This document shows positions 27,425 to 37,245 of a DNA stretch of 64,000 nucleotides, piece after piece. The notes under the pieces were generated by a model, which was not told the origin of the DNA, made no database searches, and saw nothing but the letters and a program-made list of their open reading frames with translations. This DNA comes from a virus. The stretch lies in IMG/VR virus record IMGVR_UViG_3300016667_000143. One strand, 5' to 3'. The position numbers were made by a program, and so were the translations under genes. The first letter of the stretch is position 1; each line of letters opens with the position of its first letter.

Positions 27425-28797
27425 GTTTACTCATTACAAATGCACAGGCGGTTCCACCGCCTAACCTTCCACTTGCCCCGCAGGATTACGATTCCCGGTA
27501 TCAGGAGCAGTTTAATAACATCCTGCGTTTGTATTTTAACCGTTTAAATAGTCTATTGGGGCAGATCGTGGCAACCACTTCTCCAATCCCGGTTTCCATT
27601 GATGGCACCAATACTGATGCGTTTGGCAGGATCAGAGTTAGCCAGCCTTATACCCTGTTTGATAGCCAGAACCGGTATGCGGCTGACAATCAATTTGACA
27701 CTTCTACATCTGGCACGGGTTCCACGACCTACAACGCTAATCAGGCGTCTGTATCACTGTCTGTCACAGCCGGAGGCGTGGGGTCAGTAGTTCGGCAAAC
27801 GTACAGGAGTTTTCCGTATCAGCCCGGCAAAGGGCTGTTGGTCCTTGCAACGTTCGTGATGGACGCAAGCAATAGCCTGAACCTGACGCAACGGGTTGGC
27901 TACTTTAATACGCAGAACGGGGTCTTCTTCCAGCGCGTGGATGGGACGTATTCTTTTGTCCTGAGATCATATATCTCAGGCTCTGTGTCGGATGCGCGGT
28001 CGGTGCCGCAATCTCAATGGAATGGCGACAAACTGGACGGCACCGGAGATAGTGGTTTAACGCTAGATCCGTCTAAGGCTCAGATCCTTTGGATGGATTT
28101 TGAGTGGCTAGGCGTTGGTTCGGTTCGATGTGGCTTTATCATCAATGGGCAATACATCGTCTGCCATACGTTTAATAACGCTAATGACATTACCTCGGTT
28201 TACATGACCACGGCGATTCTGCCGGTGAGGTATGAGATCACCACAACCTCAGCTTTAGCGGCAACGCTCACGCAGATCTGCTGCTCCGTGGTATCAGAGG
28301 GCGGATTTGAGCAAACTTCGATAGACCATGTGGCGCGACGTACCTCAGAGTTTTTAAACATTGACACGGCTTCTACGTTCTATCCGATTGTGTCTATCCG
28401 GCTAGCATCCACGGCTTTGGGAGCCGTGGTGTTGCCTAATCGGGTTCAATTTCTGCCATTAACCAATCAGAACTATGAAGTGGTTCTTATGAAGAACCCG
28501 ACACTGACCGGCGCGACATGGGCGGCTACCGTGCCTTCGGATTCAAATGTTGAATATGACGTTGCAGCCACGGCGATTTCATCTGTTGGGACAATTGTTC
28601 AGACAGACTATGTAACGTCTAGTGGTAGCGGCGGAGTGACGAACACCTCTTCTCCAACCGGATACAACTGGGATTTACAGATCGGGGCATCTCTTGCCAA
28701 CGTCAGTGATATTTACACCTTGGCAGTCAGAACCGTGTCCGGAGCTACCAAAGGCTCCGGCGTGGGGTCGATTTCCTTCTACGACCTGACCCAGTGA
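27421..28797 (+). CDS. virion structural protein with a beta-sandwich domain
   Basis: N-terminal PNLPLAP.DY....Q..NILRLYFNRL module, then DAFGRIRVSQPYTLFD domain. Confidence 0.7.
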   Translation: MSLLITNAQAVPPPNLPLAPQDYDSRYQEQFNNILRLYFNRLNSLLGQIVATTSPIPVSIDGTNTDAFGRIRVSQPYTLFDSQNRYAADNQFDTSTSGTGSTTYNANQASVSLSVTAGGVGSVVRQTYRSFPYQPGKGLLVLATFVMDASNSLNLTQRVGYFNTQNGVFFQRVDGTYSFVLRSYISGSVSDARSVPQSQWNGDKLDGTGDSGLTLDPSKAQILWMDFEWLGVGSVRCGFIINGQYIVCHTFNNANDITSVYMTTAILPVRYEITTTSALAATLTQICCSVVSEGGFEQTSIDHVARRTSEFLNIDTASTFYPIVSIRLASTALGAVVLPNRVQFLPLTNQNYEVVLMKNPTLTGATWAATVPSDSNVEYDVAATAISSVGTIVQTDYVTSSGSGGVTNTSSPTGYNWDLQIGASLANVSDIYTLAVRTVSGATKGSGVGSISFYDLTQ

Positions 28798-28804
28798 GTT
28801 AAAC

Positions 28805-29236
28805 ATGGCTGGCACTTCAGATCAAAAACACAACGAAACTGTGCTGCGTATTGCGACAGAGCATTATCGTCAGACGGCAAAATCCGAAAAAGAAGTTCAG
28901 GAAAACTTGCAAAAGTTGGCTCGCGTCTTAAAAGATGACGGGGCAAAGTTAGTGCATCTTGGGAATGTGCTGTTTTTGCTTTTGGTCCGCGCTAAATCTG
29001 TGGTGGAAATTCATATCCTTGGCAAAGAAGCCAGCGCCGAGGCAATGGTAAAAAACATCAAACAACTTTTAAAGTTTTTGAAAAACATCAACGTGGAAGT
29101 GGCGTATGCGTACACTCCTGCAATTAAAAATGACCCATTTAAGAGGTTAGTTAAAACCATCAAAGGGTTTGATATTAAAGAATATCAAGCTGAACACGAA
29201 GGCAAGAAATTTAATGTCTTTGTGGTGGAGCTATAA
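28805..29236 (+). CDS. hypothetical protein, possibly GNAT-like internal virion protein
   Basis: 143 aa alpha/beta protein at the T7 gp13-equivalent position (positional inference). Confidence 0.5.
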   Translation: MAGTSDQKHNETVLRIATEHYRQTAKSEKEVQENLQKLARVLKDDGAKLVHLGNVLFLLLVRAKSVVEIHILGKEASAEAMVKNIKQLLKFLKNINVEVAYAYTPAIKNDPFKRLVKTIKGFDIKEYQAEHEGKKFNVFVVEL

Positions 29237-32200
29237 ATGCCCGAAGCCGCAGTTTTTTTATTGGTTGAAGTTGGCGCTGCGGAAGCAATCGGCGCAGGCA
29301 TTGCCGGTTTGTTGGGCGCCGGGACAATTACTCCCGCAGTAGCCACTGCCATTGGTGCTGGCGCTATTTCAGCGGGGATGGCGCTTGGTCGAGATGAAAA
29401 TTTATCAAATGTGTTGAAATCCGCCGTTGTTAACGGCGTGTCTGTTTATGCTGGGTCTGCTGTTGCCGGAAGCGTTGCATCATCTGTTAGTTCTTCATTG
29501 GCCCGGGAAGGGGTTGATAGCGCCGTAGCTAACGCTATGGGTCGAGTGCTTGGCGGAGCGGCAGGCGGCGCAATTCGTAGTGGAACTAGCGCGTTACTTA
29601 CAAACAAAGATCCGATAGCCGCATTACTAAAAGGCGGTATCACCGGAGGATTGGCGGCTGGCGTCACGGCTTCTATTGACGCTGCACTCAAAGATGCGCC
29701 GGGTTTTGGCGAACCGGCAAATGCCGTAGAAGCAGGACTTCAACGTGCTGTTAAAACAGCTTTAGCCAATACGGCGTTATCCGGCGGGGACCTTAGTAAA
29801 GTTGGTCCTGCGGTGATCAATTCATTTATTTCTGGCGCGGGCAAATATAGCTCGCAAATGAAAGATGACACAACCACAGTTAAAACTGCCAATAATGAAT
29901 ATCAAGCTGCGCTGTTAGCTTATGACAATAACATTGGCGAACAAAACAAATTAGTTAGCAAATACAACGCCGAAATTGCGCCATTAAACGCTCAATACAG
30001 CGAAATCATGGGCCTTAAAGCCCAATATGATTCTGCTGCGCTTGGAGCAAGGGATTGGGCCGGATGGGCGGCGGCGAATGGTTATAGGCCGCAAGAAGAT
30101 GAAAATGGCAATTGGTCTGGAAATTATATTCGTGAAAAACCAGATGCTAAGTGGCATTGGGAAACAAATCAAATTTGGGTGGATGATGGGCAGGGCGGAT
30201 CTAATTTAGAAACTCGTACTTATAAACAGTACGATGAATCGCCTTATGAGTTTGCCCCCGGCCCCGGTCAATTGGCCGCTGAAGCCAATCGACTAGCAGG
30301 GATTATCAATCCTAAAGTTGAAGAATACACGACCGCGCATCGCAATTTATTTGGCGGTACATATACAGAAACAGAAACAACTTATTATAAAAATCCAGAA
30401 ACCGGGGAAGATCAATGGTTTTTGGCTGATGACGGTAGCGTTTACCGCATGCCTGCCGGTGAGCAAGAAGTTGAGCGCACGGTTGTCGGTAGCTTAAAAC
30501 CCGTAACCGATAGATTGGATGTTTTGAAAGGGTCAATACCCGGTATTGAAACAGCCATCACCACTAAAAAAACCAATTTAGAAGAAGCTGTTGCGTCATT
30601 TAACCAAAGTGAATTGCTCAATGCTTCTTTGCTTCAGCCGACGTTAAACAACTTAATCACAGCTAAACAGTTATACGCACAAGAATTTGGTTTAGATCCG
30701 TCTCAAGATACGCTGCAATCGTATGTGGATTCCGGAGACATCTTAAAAGCGGTGACAAAAGACGTTACGGATCACTCCAATGAAGCTCTGGCAAAGAGCA
30801 AAGGATTTGAAGATTACGCAGACTTTAAAGACGCAGGCAATTTATCGGCAGCAGATTACTACGCAAAAGAAGAGGGCTGGGAAGACGGCGCCGAGAAGCT
30901 GGAGGCGTCTGTTAATGGGTACACCTCTCCGGATGAGTGGGATACATTTGTAACGAATCAAACCACTGCCAAAAACGCAGGCTTTGACAATTACGCAGAT
31001 TATCAAGCGGCAGGGGACACTACGTCGGCAGATTTCTATGCTCAACGTAGCGGATGGACAAATGCTGCACAAAAGTCAGAAGCCGCACAAGCTGGCTTTA
31101 CGATGCCGTCATCGTGGGCGGCTTATGTAGATAACAACACTGTAGACCGGCAAGAAGTTTTAGATGCGTTTAAAACAATTCCCGGCTCTTTTATCCCCTC
31201 TGAAGCTGACATTGAGCAATTGATTGGCAATAAGCCGGATACCAATCTTGGCCAACAAATCCAACAGTATGTAAAAGATAAACAAGACCCCATCAAAGAA
31301 ATCTTTAAGTCATTTGAATACGAACCTTCAATTGAAGAAATCAATTATTTTTTGAACAACCCGGCAGAAACTCCAGAACAAACTAAACAACAAATTGCCA
31401 ATTTGGTCGATGACAAAACTGTCACCAAAGAAGAGGCCAAGGCTGCGTTTGAAGCCGCAGGTTATCCGGTCACAGAAGATCTGTTAAATCAATTTGTTGG
31501 GAAAACCAATGAAGGGACGATGCTAAATACCATCATCCCAGAATATATTTCTAACCACCCTGTTAAAACCACGCCGCCCGTGGAGCAGGCTGCTGCGCCG
31601 CAACCGGCTGCTCCCACGCAACCCACCACCGCCGCCCCTGTTGCACAAACCGGAACAGAGCCGGTAGATTGGACTGCCTACAATGAATTGTTAGCACCCA
31701 AGGCCGCGCCAGAACGCACCACCCCGGCGACCATCGCGCAGATGCGCGACCCAAGTTTTCAGGCTACAGATGCTGAAAAGACGGCATGGGATCAATTTAT
31801 TCAGAAGAAAATCGCAGATCAAAAAGAAGCGTTTGAGTTTCAATATGGCAGAACGCTAACCGACGCTCAGGCAAAAACTCGTGTTGAGGCTTGGCTCAGG
31901 CAAAATGAAGCCACGCCAGAGTGGCCAAATACTTTAAACAGAGTTACGCAAGAATTAGCGACCGCCAAACAAGTTGAGACGCCCGAAGCTCCTGCGGCAG
32001 CAGTTGTTCCGGGGGCAGGGCAAAACTTGGTTGTTGAGCCATCCGGAAATGTGCAGGTGGTGGATACCGTGGCTGGGGGCAATGCTGTCGTAGAACAGCC
32101 GCCGGTTATTAACAAAGAAGTTATCTCTCCGGCTTTGGATGCGGGCGCTGTGGCGGCGGTTGCAGCAGAAGCGGGCTTTACTAAAGAAGAAGTTAAAGAC

Positions 32201-33412
32201 TTGGTAAATACTGCTCCGGAAATCATCCGCGAGTTTTATGGACAGGAATCCGAGCCGGTTGGGCCAAAACCGGGCCAAATCGGGCCTAGTATTCTGGAGC
32301 CAATCGGGCCAGAAGAATTTATCCCGTTGACCGGAACGCCTACGGAACAAACAATTGGCCCGTTCCTGCCCCGCGAGCCTATAGCTTCTGTAGATGAGTC
32401 TCCTGCCATTGATAGGGATGTTATTTCACCGGGGCTGGACCTGAACTCCGTGGCATCAGCCGCTAAAGAGGCAGGATATTCAGAACCCGAGATGCAAGAT
32501 TTGTTAAAAGAGCTTGGTGAAACCAAATCTACGACCATCCCCGGAGAAACCGGCGAACTGACCGTGGATCAAGCCGGGCAGGTATCTGTATCTGAGCCTG
32601 TAACCCAAGAGGTGCCACCCGTTCCAGTTGAACGTGAGGTGATCACCCCCGGCTTAGACCTTAATTCTGTGGCAGATGCCGCTCAAAAAGCAGGGTATAC
32701 AGAAGCTGAAACCCAAGAATTGTTATCCGGTACAGAAGTTAAACCTGTGGATAACATGGGGATAACCGATGTAAACGATACCTTGCAAGGCGCTGCGACC
32801 AATGACACGCTAACCGGTGTTGCCGAAGATACATTAACTGGCGCTAACGATACGCTGACCGGCGGCGATAACATCGAGAGGATTGATGTGGCTGGCGGCA
32901 CGGCTGTCGATGCCGATCAAGGTGAGGCTGAAGCCGGGGCAGGTTTAGGGGCGGGAGTTGGTGTCAGCGATTACGATACCCTTGCGGGCGCTACCGGCAA
33001 CGACACGGTAGAAACCACCCCGTATACACCGGGCGAGGATGCAAAAGACTTTACGCCTCCTTATACACCCGGTGAAGACGCGCAAGATTTTACCCCTCCC
33101 TATACCCCCGGGGAGGATGCTAATGAGTTTCCGGCAAACCAGCCGGATGCAGCGTGGCCTAATTGGCTGAAATCGTTGTTCACCAACTTAATTTCCAGCG
33201 GCACTTCCCCGGCTGCGGCACGAAACTTTGCCTCTGGGTTCTTGGGCACTGGAACTAGCACTCAGACACCGGCAGGGATACAATCGCTAGTAGGGCCGAC
33301 AACTCAGCCGTGGTATTCAGAAATGCCCGAGTTTGACATCACCAAAGCATTCTCGCCCACCTTATACGCCTTGCGTAAAGAAGAGCCTGACACTCAGGCA
33401 GAAGAGGAATAA
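29237..33412 (+). CDS. putative ejection / internal virion protein with internal repeats
   Basis: Gly/Ala-rich membrane-inserting-like N-terminus, coiled coil, several repeat families, acidic C-terminus. Confidence 0.65.
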   Translation: MPEAAVFLLVEVGAAEAIGAGIAGLLGAGTITPAVATAIGAGAISAGMALGRDENLSNVLKSAVVNGVSVYAGSAVAGSVASSVSSSLAREGVDSAVANAMGRVLGGAAGGAIRSGTSALLTNKDPIAALLKGGITGGLAAGVTASIDAALKDAPGFGEPANAVEAGLQRAVKTALANTALSGGDLSKVGPAVINSFISGAGKYSSQMKDDTTTVKTANNEYQAALLAYDNNIGEQNKLVSKYNAEIAPLNAQYSEIMGLKAQYDSAALGARDWAGWAAANGYRPQEDENGNWSGNYIREKPDAKWHWETNQIWVDDGQGGSNLETRTYKQYDESPYEFAPGPGQLAAEANRLAGIINPKVEEYTTAHRNLFGGTYTETETTYYKNPETGEDQWFLADDGSVYRMPAGEQEVERTVVGSLKPVTDRLDVLKGSIPGIETAITTKKTNLEEAVASFNQSELLNASLLQPTLNNLITAKQLYAQEFGLDPSQDTLQSYVDSGDILKAVTKDVTDHSNEALAKSKGFEDYADFKDAGNLSAADYYAKEEGWEDGAEKLEASVNGYTSPDEWDTFVTNQTTAKNAGFDNYADYQAAGDTTSADFYAQRSGWTNAAQKSEAAQAGFTMPSSWAAYVDNNTVDRQEVLDAFKTIPGSFIPSEADIEQLIGNKPDTNLGQQIQQYVKDKQDPIKEIFKSFEYEPSIEEINYFLNNPAETPEQTKQQIANLVDDKTVTKEEAKAAFEAAGYPVTEDLLNQFVGKTNEGTMLNTIIPEYISNHPVKTTPPVEQAAAPQPAAPTQPTTAAPVAQTGTEPVDWTAYNELLAPKAAPERTTPATIAQMRDPSFQATDAEKTAWDQFIQKKIADQKEAFEFQYGRTLTDAQAKTRVEAWLRQNEATPEWPNTLNRVTQELATAKQVETPEAPAAAVVPGAGQNLVVEPSGNVQVVDTVAGGNAVVEQPPVINKEVISPALDAGAVAAVAAEAGFTKEEVKDLVNTAPEIIREFYGQESEPVGPKPGQIGPSILEPIGPEEFIPLTGTPTEQTIGPFLPREPIASVDESPAIDRDVISPGLDLNSVASAAKEAGYSEPEMQDLLKELGETKSTTIPGETGELTVDQAGQVSVSEPVTQEVPPVPVEREVITPGLDLNSVADAAQKAGYTEAETQELLSGTEVKPVDNMGITDVNDTLQGAATNDTLTGVAEDTLTGANDTLTGGDNIERIDVAGGTAVDADQGEAEAGAGLGAGVGVSDYDTLAGATGNDTVETTPYTPGEDAKDFTPPYTPGEDAQDFTPPYTPGEDANEFPANQPDAAWPNWLKSLFTNLISSGTSPAAARNFASGFLGTGTSTQTPAGIQSLVGPTTQPWYSEMPEFDITKAFSPTLYALRKEEPDTQAEEE
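33020..33133 (+). repeat. three 39-bp coding repeats (PYTPGEDAxDFTP)
   Basis: In-frame tandem units differing mainly at synonymous sites. Confidence 0.85.
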
Positions 33413-33414
33413 TT

Positions 33415-35340
33415 ATGGCTATTCAACGTCAATGGATCGAAGGTTATGGCGATGATGATTCCGGCTATTGGTATGAATATGATGATGGTATTTCGGCTGA
33501 TTCTAGCGATCCGGATGTTGGCGGTCCGCAAAGTGGTGGTGGAGCGGATACTTCGCAAACATCAGATACCGCGCAATCAGATTATGTGACTGAAATTACC
33601 AACCCTGCTTTGCCGGGGCAAACCGGTTATGGCTGGCGCTATTTTAGTAACGGCACGGCAATTGGCCCGGATGGAAAGTATTACAACCAAGATGGCCAAG
33701 TTGCGTATGACCCGTCTAGCAGGAGTGATTCTGCCCGATTGATAGGGTTAGCCAAAGGTGCCGTAGAAAAGTTATCCACCCCCCAAGGCATTGCCGGGTT
33801 GTTAGGCACTGCCTATGCTTTGTCTACTAGCCAAGCTCCTAAAACGGGAGGTTGGAAAGGCACGATCCCCAAACTCACGGCGATCAGGCAGCAAGTTGCA
33901 CAACCGGAATATAAACCGTATTCCGGTCAGGCTGTGATGGGATCTAGGGCGTTTACCACCCCGAAATATGTTTTATCTTCTGCTGATAAAACTGCCGCTG
34001 AAACTGCTGACACCGCAGAAGCCCAAGGTTTAGCGCGTCTGGCCAAAGCTGCTCCGGCTGCTCAAATGGCTCCTGCCGCTCCTCCTGTTCAACCAAAACC
34101 TCTGCCCGTGCCAGAGGGTTACACCATGAATCAGTTTAATCAGTTGGTTGCCAAGCCCGTGGAAAAAGCCACCGGCGGCATTGCAGAGTTAGCCAAAGGC
34201 CGATATCTGTCCGGACCCACAGATGGCATGGCAGACAAGATTCCTAGCTCTATTGATGATAAACAACCTGCCAAACTCAGTCATGGTGAGTTTGTGATCC
34301 CTGCGGATGTGGTATCCCATCTTGGGAATGGGAACTCTGAAGCCGGGGCTAACCAACTTTATAAGATGATGGATCGCGTGCGTAAAGCACGCACCGGAAC
34401 TACCAAACAGGGTAAACAGATTAACCCGGAGAAATTTACACCCGGTGGAATTGCCAAGTTTGCCAGCGGTGGTGCAGTGGCGTTCCCCTCTGGAGGTCTG
34501 GTAAACACCGGAACAGGCGTTAGCGGCAACGCTCCTTATGGCACCACCACGGAAACCTCTCTGGCTCCGTGGGTGGGTGATTATGTTTCGGACTACCTGT
34601 CCCGTGGGCTGGCTCTGTCTAAAGAGCCGTATCAGGCGTATCAAGGTCCGCTAACTGCGGGCATCTCCGGTCTTCAGCAGAAGGCCTTTGATCTGGCTGG
34701 CGGGTTAGGGCAAGGATTTGATGCAAACGCCATCAACCAATACATGAACCCGTATATCCAGATGTCGCTTGCTCCTCAGTTGGCTGAACAGCGCAGGCAG
34801 GCTGACATTACTCAACAGAATTTACAGGGCCAGTTTACCCGGGCAGGAGCATTTGGTGGGTCTAGGGAGGCTCTGGCTAGAACCGAGAATGCTCGGAACC
34901 TTGCTGCGCTTCAGGCTCGGACCACGGGTGAGGCGTACCAGACCGCCTATGACAAAGCACTCAATCAATACAATGCGGAACAACAGCGCCGGATCGGTGA
35001 GATCAATGCGCTGGCGGGTCTTGGCAGCGCCCAGAGGGCTATCGAGCAAGAAGGCATCACAGCTCAGAAAGCTGCGTTTGAAGCCGAACGGGAAGCTCCG
35101 TATAAACAGGTTCAGTTTGCTGGAAGCCTGCTGTCTGGCCTGCCCACCGGCACCACCTCCACCACGCCCAACACCACGGCTCTCAGTCAACTTGGTCTGA
35201 CGGCTTCGCAATTGGCCACGCTTACAGACATTATCAATCGCTGGGGAACTTCCGGAACTCAAACTAGCTCAAGCACCGGGACCGGCACTAATACGTCCAC
35301 GGGCACCGGAACCAATACCGGAACGGGCACGGTCAACTAG
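33415..35340 (+). CDS. putative ejection (pilot) protein
   Basis: GPTDGMADKIP...LSHGEFVIPADVVSHLGNG, MNPYIQ, GAFGGSR motifs; Q/A-rich helices; GTGT-repeat tail. Confidence 0.65.
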   Translation: MAIQRQWIEGYGDDDSGYWYEYDDGISADSSDPDVGGPQSGGGADTSQTSDTAQSDYVTEITNPALPGQTGYGWRYFSNGTAIGPDGKYYNQDGQVAYDPSSRSDSARLIGLAKGAVEKLSTPQGIAGLLGTAYALSTSQAPKTGGWKGTIPKLTAIRQQVAQPEYKPYSGQAVMGSRAFTTPKYVLSSADKTAAETADTAEAQGLARLAKAAPAAQMAPAAPPVQPKPLPVPEGYTMNQFNQLVAKPVEKATGGIAELAKGRYLSGPTDGMADKIPSSIDDKQPAKLSHGEFVIPADVVSHLGNGNSEAGANQLYKMMDRVRKARTGTTKQGKQINPEKFTPGGIAKFASGGAVAFPSGGLVNTGTGVSGNAPYGTTTETSLAPWVGDYVSDYLSRGLALSKEPYQAYQGPLTAGISGLQQKAFDLAGGLGQGFDANAINQYMNPYIQMSLAPQLAEQRRQADITQQNLQGQFTRAGAFGGSREALARTENARNLAALQARTTGEAYQTAYDKALNQYNAEQQRRIGEINALAGLGSAQRAIEQEGITAQKAAFEAEREAPYKQVQFAGSLLSGLPTGTTSTTPNTTALSQLGLTASQLATLTDIINRWGTSGTQTSSSTGTGTNTSTGTGTNTGTGTVN

Positions 35341-35350
35341 AGAGTTAAAC

Positions 35351-37243
35351 ATGATGAACACTCAGCTTCCCAGCGGGTTGCAGGCGCTGTTACAAGCCTC
35401 TCAGGTCTTACAACAGCAATCTGCCCCCACTGCTCCCGGCCCTCAAGGCCCGCAGCCCACGGTCGCCAGCAAGATCAATCAGCAGATCCAGCAAACTGCC
35501 GCCCCACAAGGCATCATGCCGGGCATGCGAGACATGGGGCAGCAGGCTGGGATCGCCGGGCAGATCATGGCTCAGAAACAGGCCCAGCAACAGCAGATGG
35601 CCCAAAACCCCCAAGCCGTGGCACAGATGGCAGCACAGATGCTGCAAGGCCAAGGTGTGGCAGGTTTACCCTCTAACATGGAGTTTAAAGAGGGCGGGAT
35701 TATTGGGTTCTCTGATGGCGAAGAAGTCCCGGAGGCTGAAGAACCTGAAACTCGTCGGCGCAGATTGTTTCGTCGTTCAGATTCCGCCATTGATCTTGGC
35801 GATGATTTATATCGTGATGACACGGCGCGTCGCACTCGGTCTGATGAAGCTGTTGAGCTTGGCCCGCAAGTCAATCGCAGTGATGTTGCTGTTTCACCGG
35901 AAGCGGCTCGACCCCGCGATCGGATGACAGATGAACGGCTTGATGCGGAACTAGGCAGGGGTTATCGCGGAGCCACCGCAGATCGGCAAGGCATTCGTCA
36001 GGCGCTGGAATATACGTTTAAAGATGTTCCAATGGCTATTGGCCGGGGTTTGCTCGGTGGCGCTAAAACAGTAGCGCAACATCTGGTTAGTGCGCCCGGG
36101 CATGGGATTAGCGCACTGATGGAAGGCAAGCCCGTAGTTTCTCCGGCAACCGGCGCAGAACCTTCAGCCATATGGACTGCCGGTCCCAAGCCTGATAAAG
36201 ATGTCCCTGCTGCGCCCGGTGGCGAACCTCCGGCTGTCGTAAAATCGACACCTGATAGCGGTATTGCAGCTTTAACTCCTCCGCCCGCTCCGGCTGTGCC
36301 CAGAGCAGAAATTCCGGCTCCGCCCAACATTGAAGCAGCGTTAAGAAAATACAAAACACCGGAAGAGATTGCTAAAGCGCAACAAGCCGTGGAAGCCGCA
36401 GATGCCGCCATCTTGGCGAGAAAGAAAGCTTCTCCGGAATTTGAAGAGCAAGGTATTGCAGCCATTACCCGGGCAGATCAAGAACGTCGCCAACAGCTTG
36501 CACAAAGCCGTGCTGGTGATGACTGGACCCGTTTACGCGCTTTCTTCCGTGATCTTTCCACTCGCGGTAATTCTTATGACGCTGTTCAGGCGGGCATGGA
36601 CGCCCGTGATGCGGGTGCCACTAAAGCTGCTCTGGCCCATGAACAAGCTGTCATTGAGCTGAGAAAAGCCAAGGAAGCCCGGGAGATTGGCAATCTTGAG
36701 TTAGAACGTGAACACAAAGCCAAGGCTTTGGCCTTCCTCCAGAACGAACGGAAGATTTCTCAGGAACTGGCTAAGTTGGACATTGAGACTCAGGCCAACT
36801 ATGACAAGTTGACGAGTACAGAGCGCACTCATTTTGCTGATCGGCAGTCTGCCACGCAACTTGAGATGTCGCGTCAAGCTCACCAAGCAGTGATTGAAAC
36901 GGCAAAACTTAAACAACGTGCGGAAGAACTGAATGACGCTAAAACTGCGACTGCATTAAGCGGCATCATTTCACGGCTAAACCAAGGCTATGAAACAGCG
37001 CGTAAGATTGCCGAAAAGTACCCGATGTTGAAAATCCCGGCATCTAAAGAAATGCTGCAAGACAAAGGGTATTTGGAGCAAAAAGCTCAGTATGACCGAG
37101 AGATTGCTGAGATTGAGCGCAATATCATTAACCCGGCAATTCAAGAGCGTGACCGGCTGACGGCTAAGTTGCAAGGCACCACGCCCGCCCAAAGCTCGGC
37201 AAACGTGCAAACATACGATGCTTCTGGCAAACGGATTAAATAA
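35351..37243 (+). CDS. putative ejection protein
   Basis: Q-rich N-terminus, FKEGGIIGF motif, long coiled coil; between pilot-like and giant genes. Confidence 0.6.
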   Translation: MMNTQLPSGLQALLQASQVLQQQSAPTAPGPQGPQPTVASKINQQIQQTAAPQGIMPGMRDMGQQAGIAGQIMAQKQAQQQQMAQNPQAVAQMAAQMLQGQGVAGLPSNMEFKEGGIIGFSDGEEVPEAEEPETRRRRLFRRSDSAIDLGDDLYRDDTARRTRSDEAVELGPQVNRSDVAVSPEAARPRDRMTDERLDAELGRGYRGATADRQGIRQALEYTFKDVPMAIGRGLLGGAKTVAQHLVSAPGHGISALMEGKPVVSPATGAEPSAIWTAGPKPDKDVPAAPGGEPPAVVKSTPDSGIAALTPPPAPAVPRAEIPAPPNIEAALRKYKTPEEIAKAQQAVEAADAAILARKKASPEFEEQGIAAITRADQERRQQLAQSRAGDDWTRLRAFFRDLSTRGNSYDAVQAGMDARDAGATKAALAHEQAVIELRKAKEAREIGNLELEREHKAKALAFLQNERKISQELAKLDIETQANYDKLTSTERTHFADRQSATQLEMSRQAHQAVIETAKLKQRAEELNDAKTATALSGIISRLNQGYETARKIAEKYPMLKIPASKEMLQDKGYLEQKAQYDREIAEIERNIINPAIQERDRLTAKLQGTTPAQSSANVQTYDASGKRIK

Positions 37244-37245
37244 TT

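Noticed and set aside
32743-32755. Isolated DnaA box (TGTGGATAA) inside the 1391-aa gene
   Set aside because: Single, in coding sequence, compatible with chance
33020-33133. 39-bp repeats as a mini CRISPR array
   Set aside because: No spacers, in-frame, vary at synonymous sites; no cas genes
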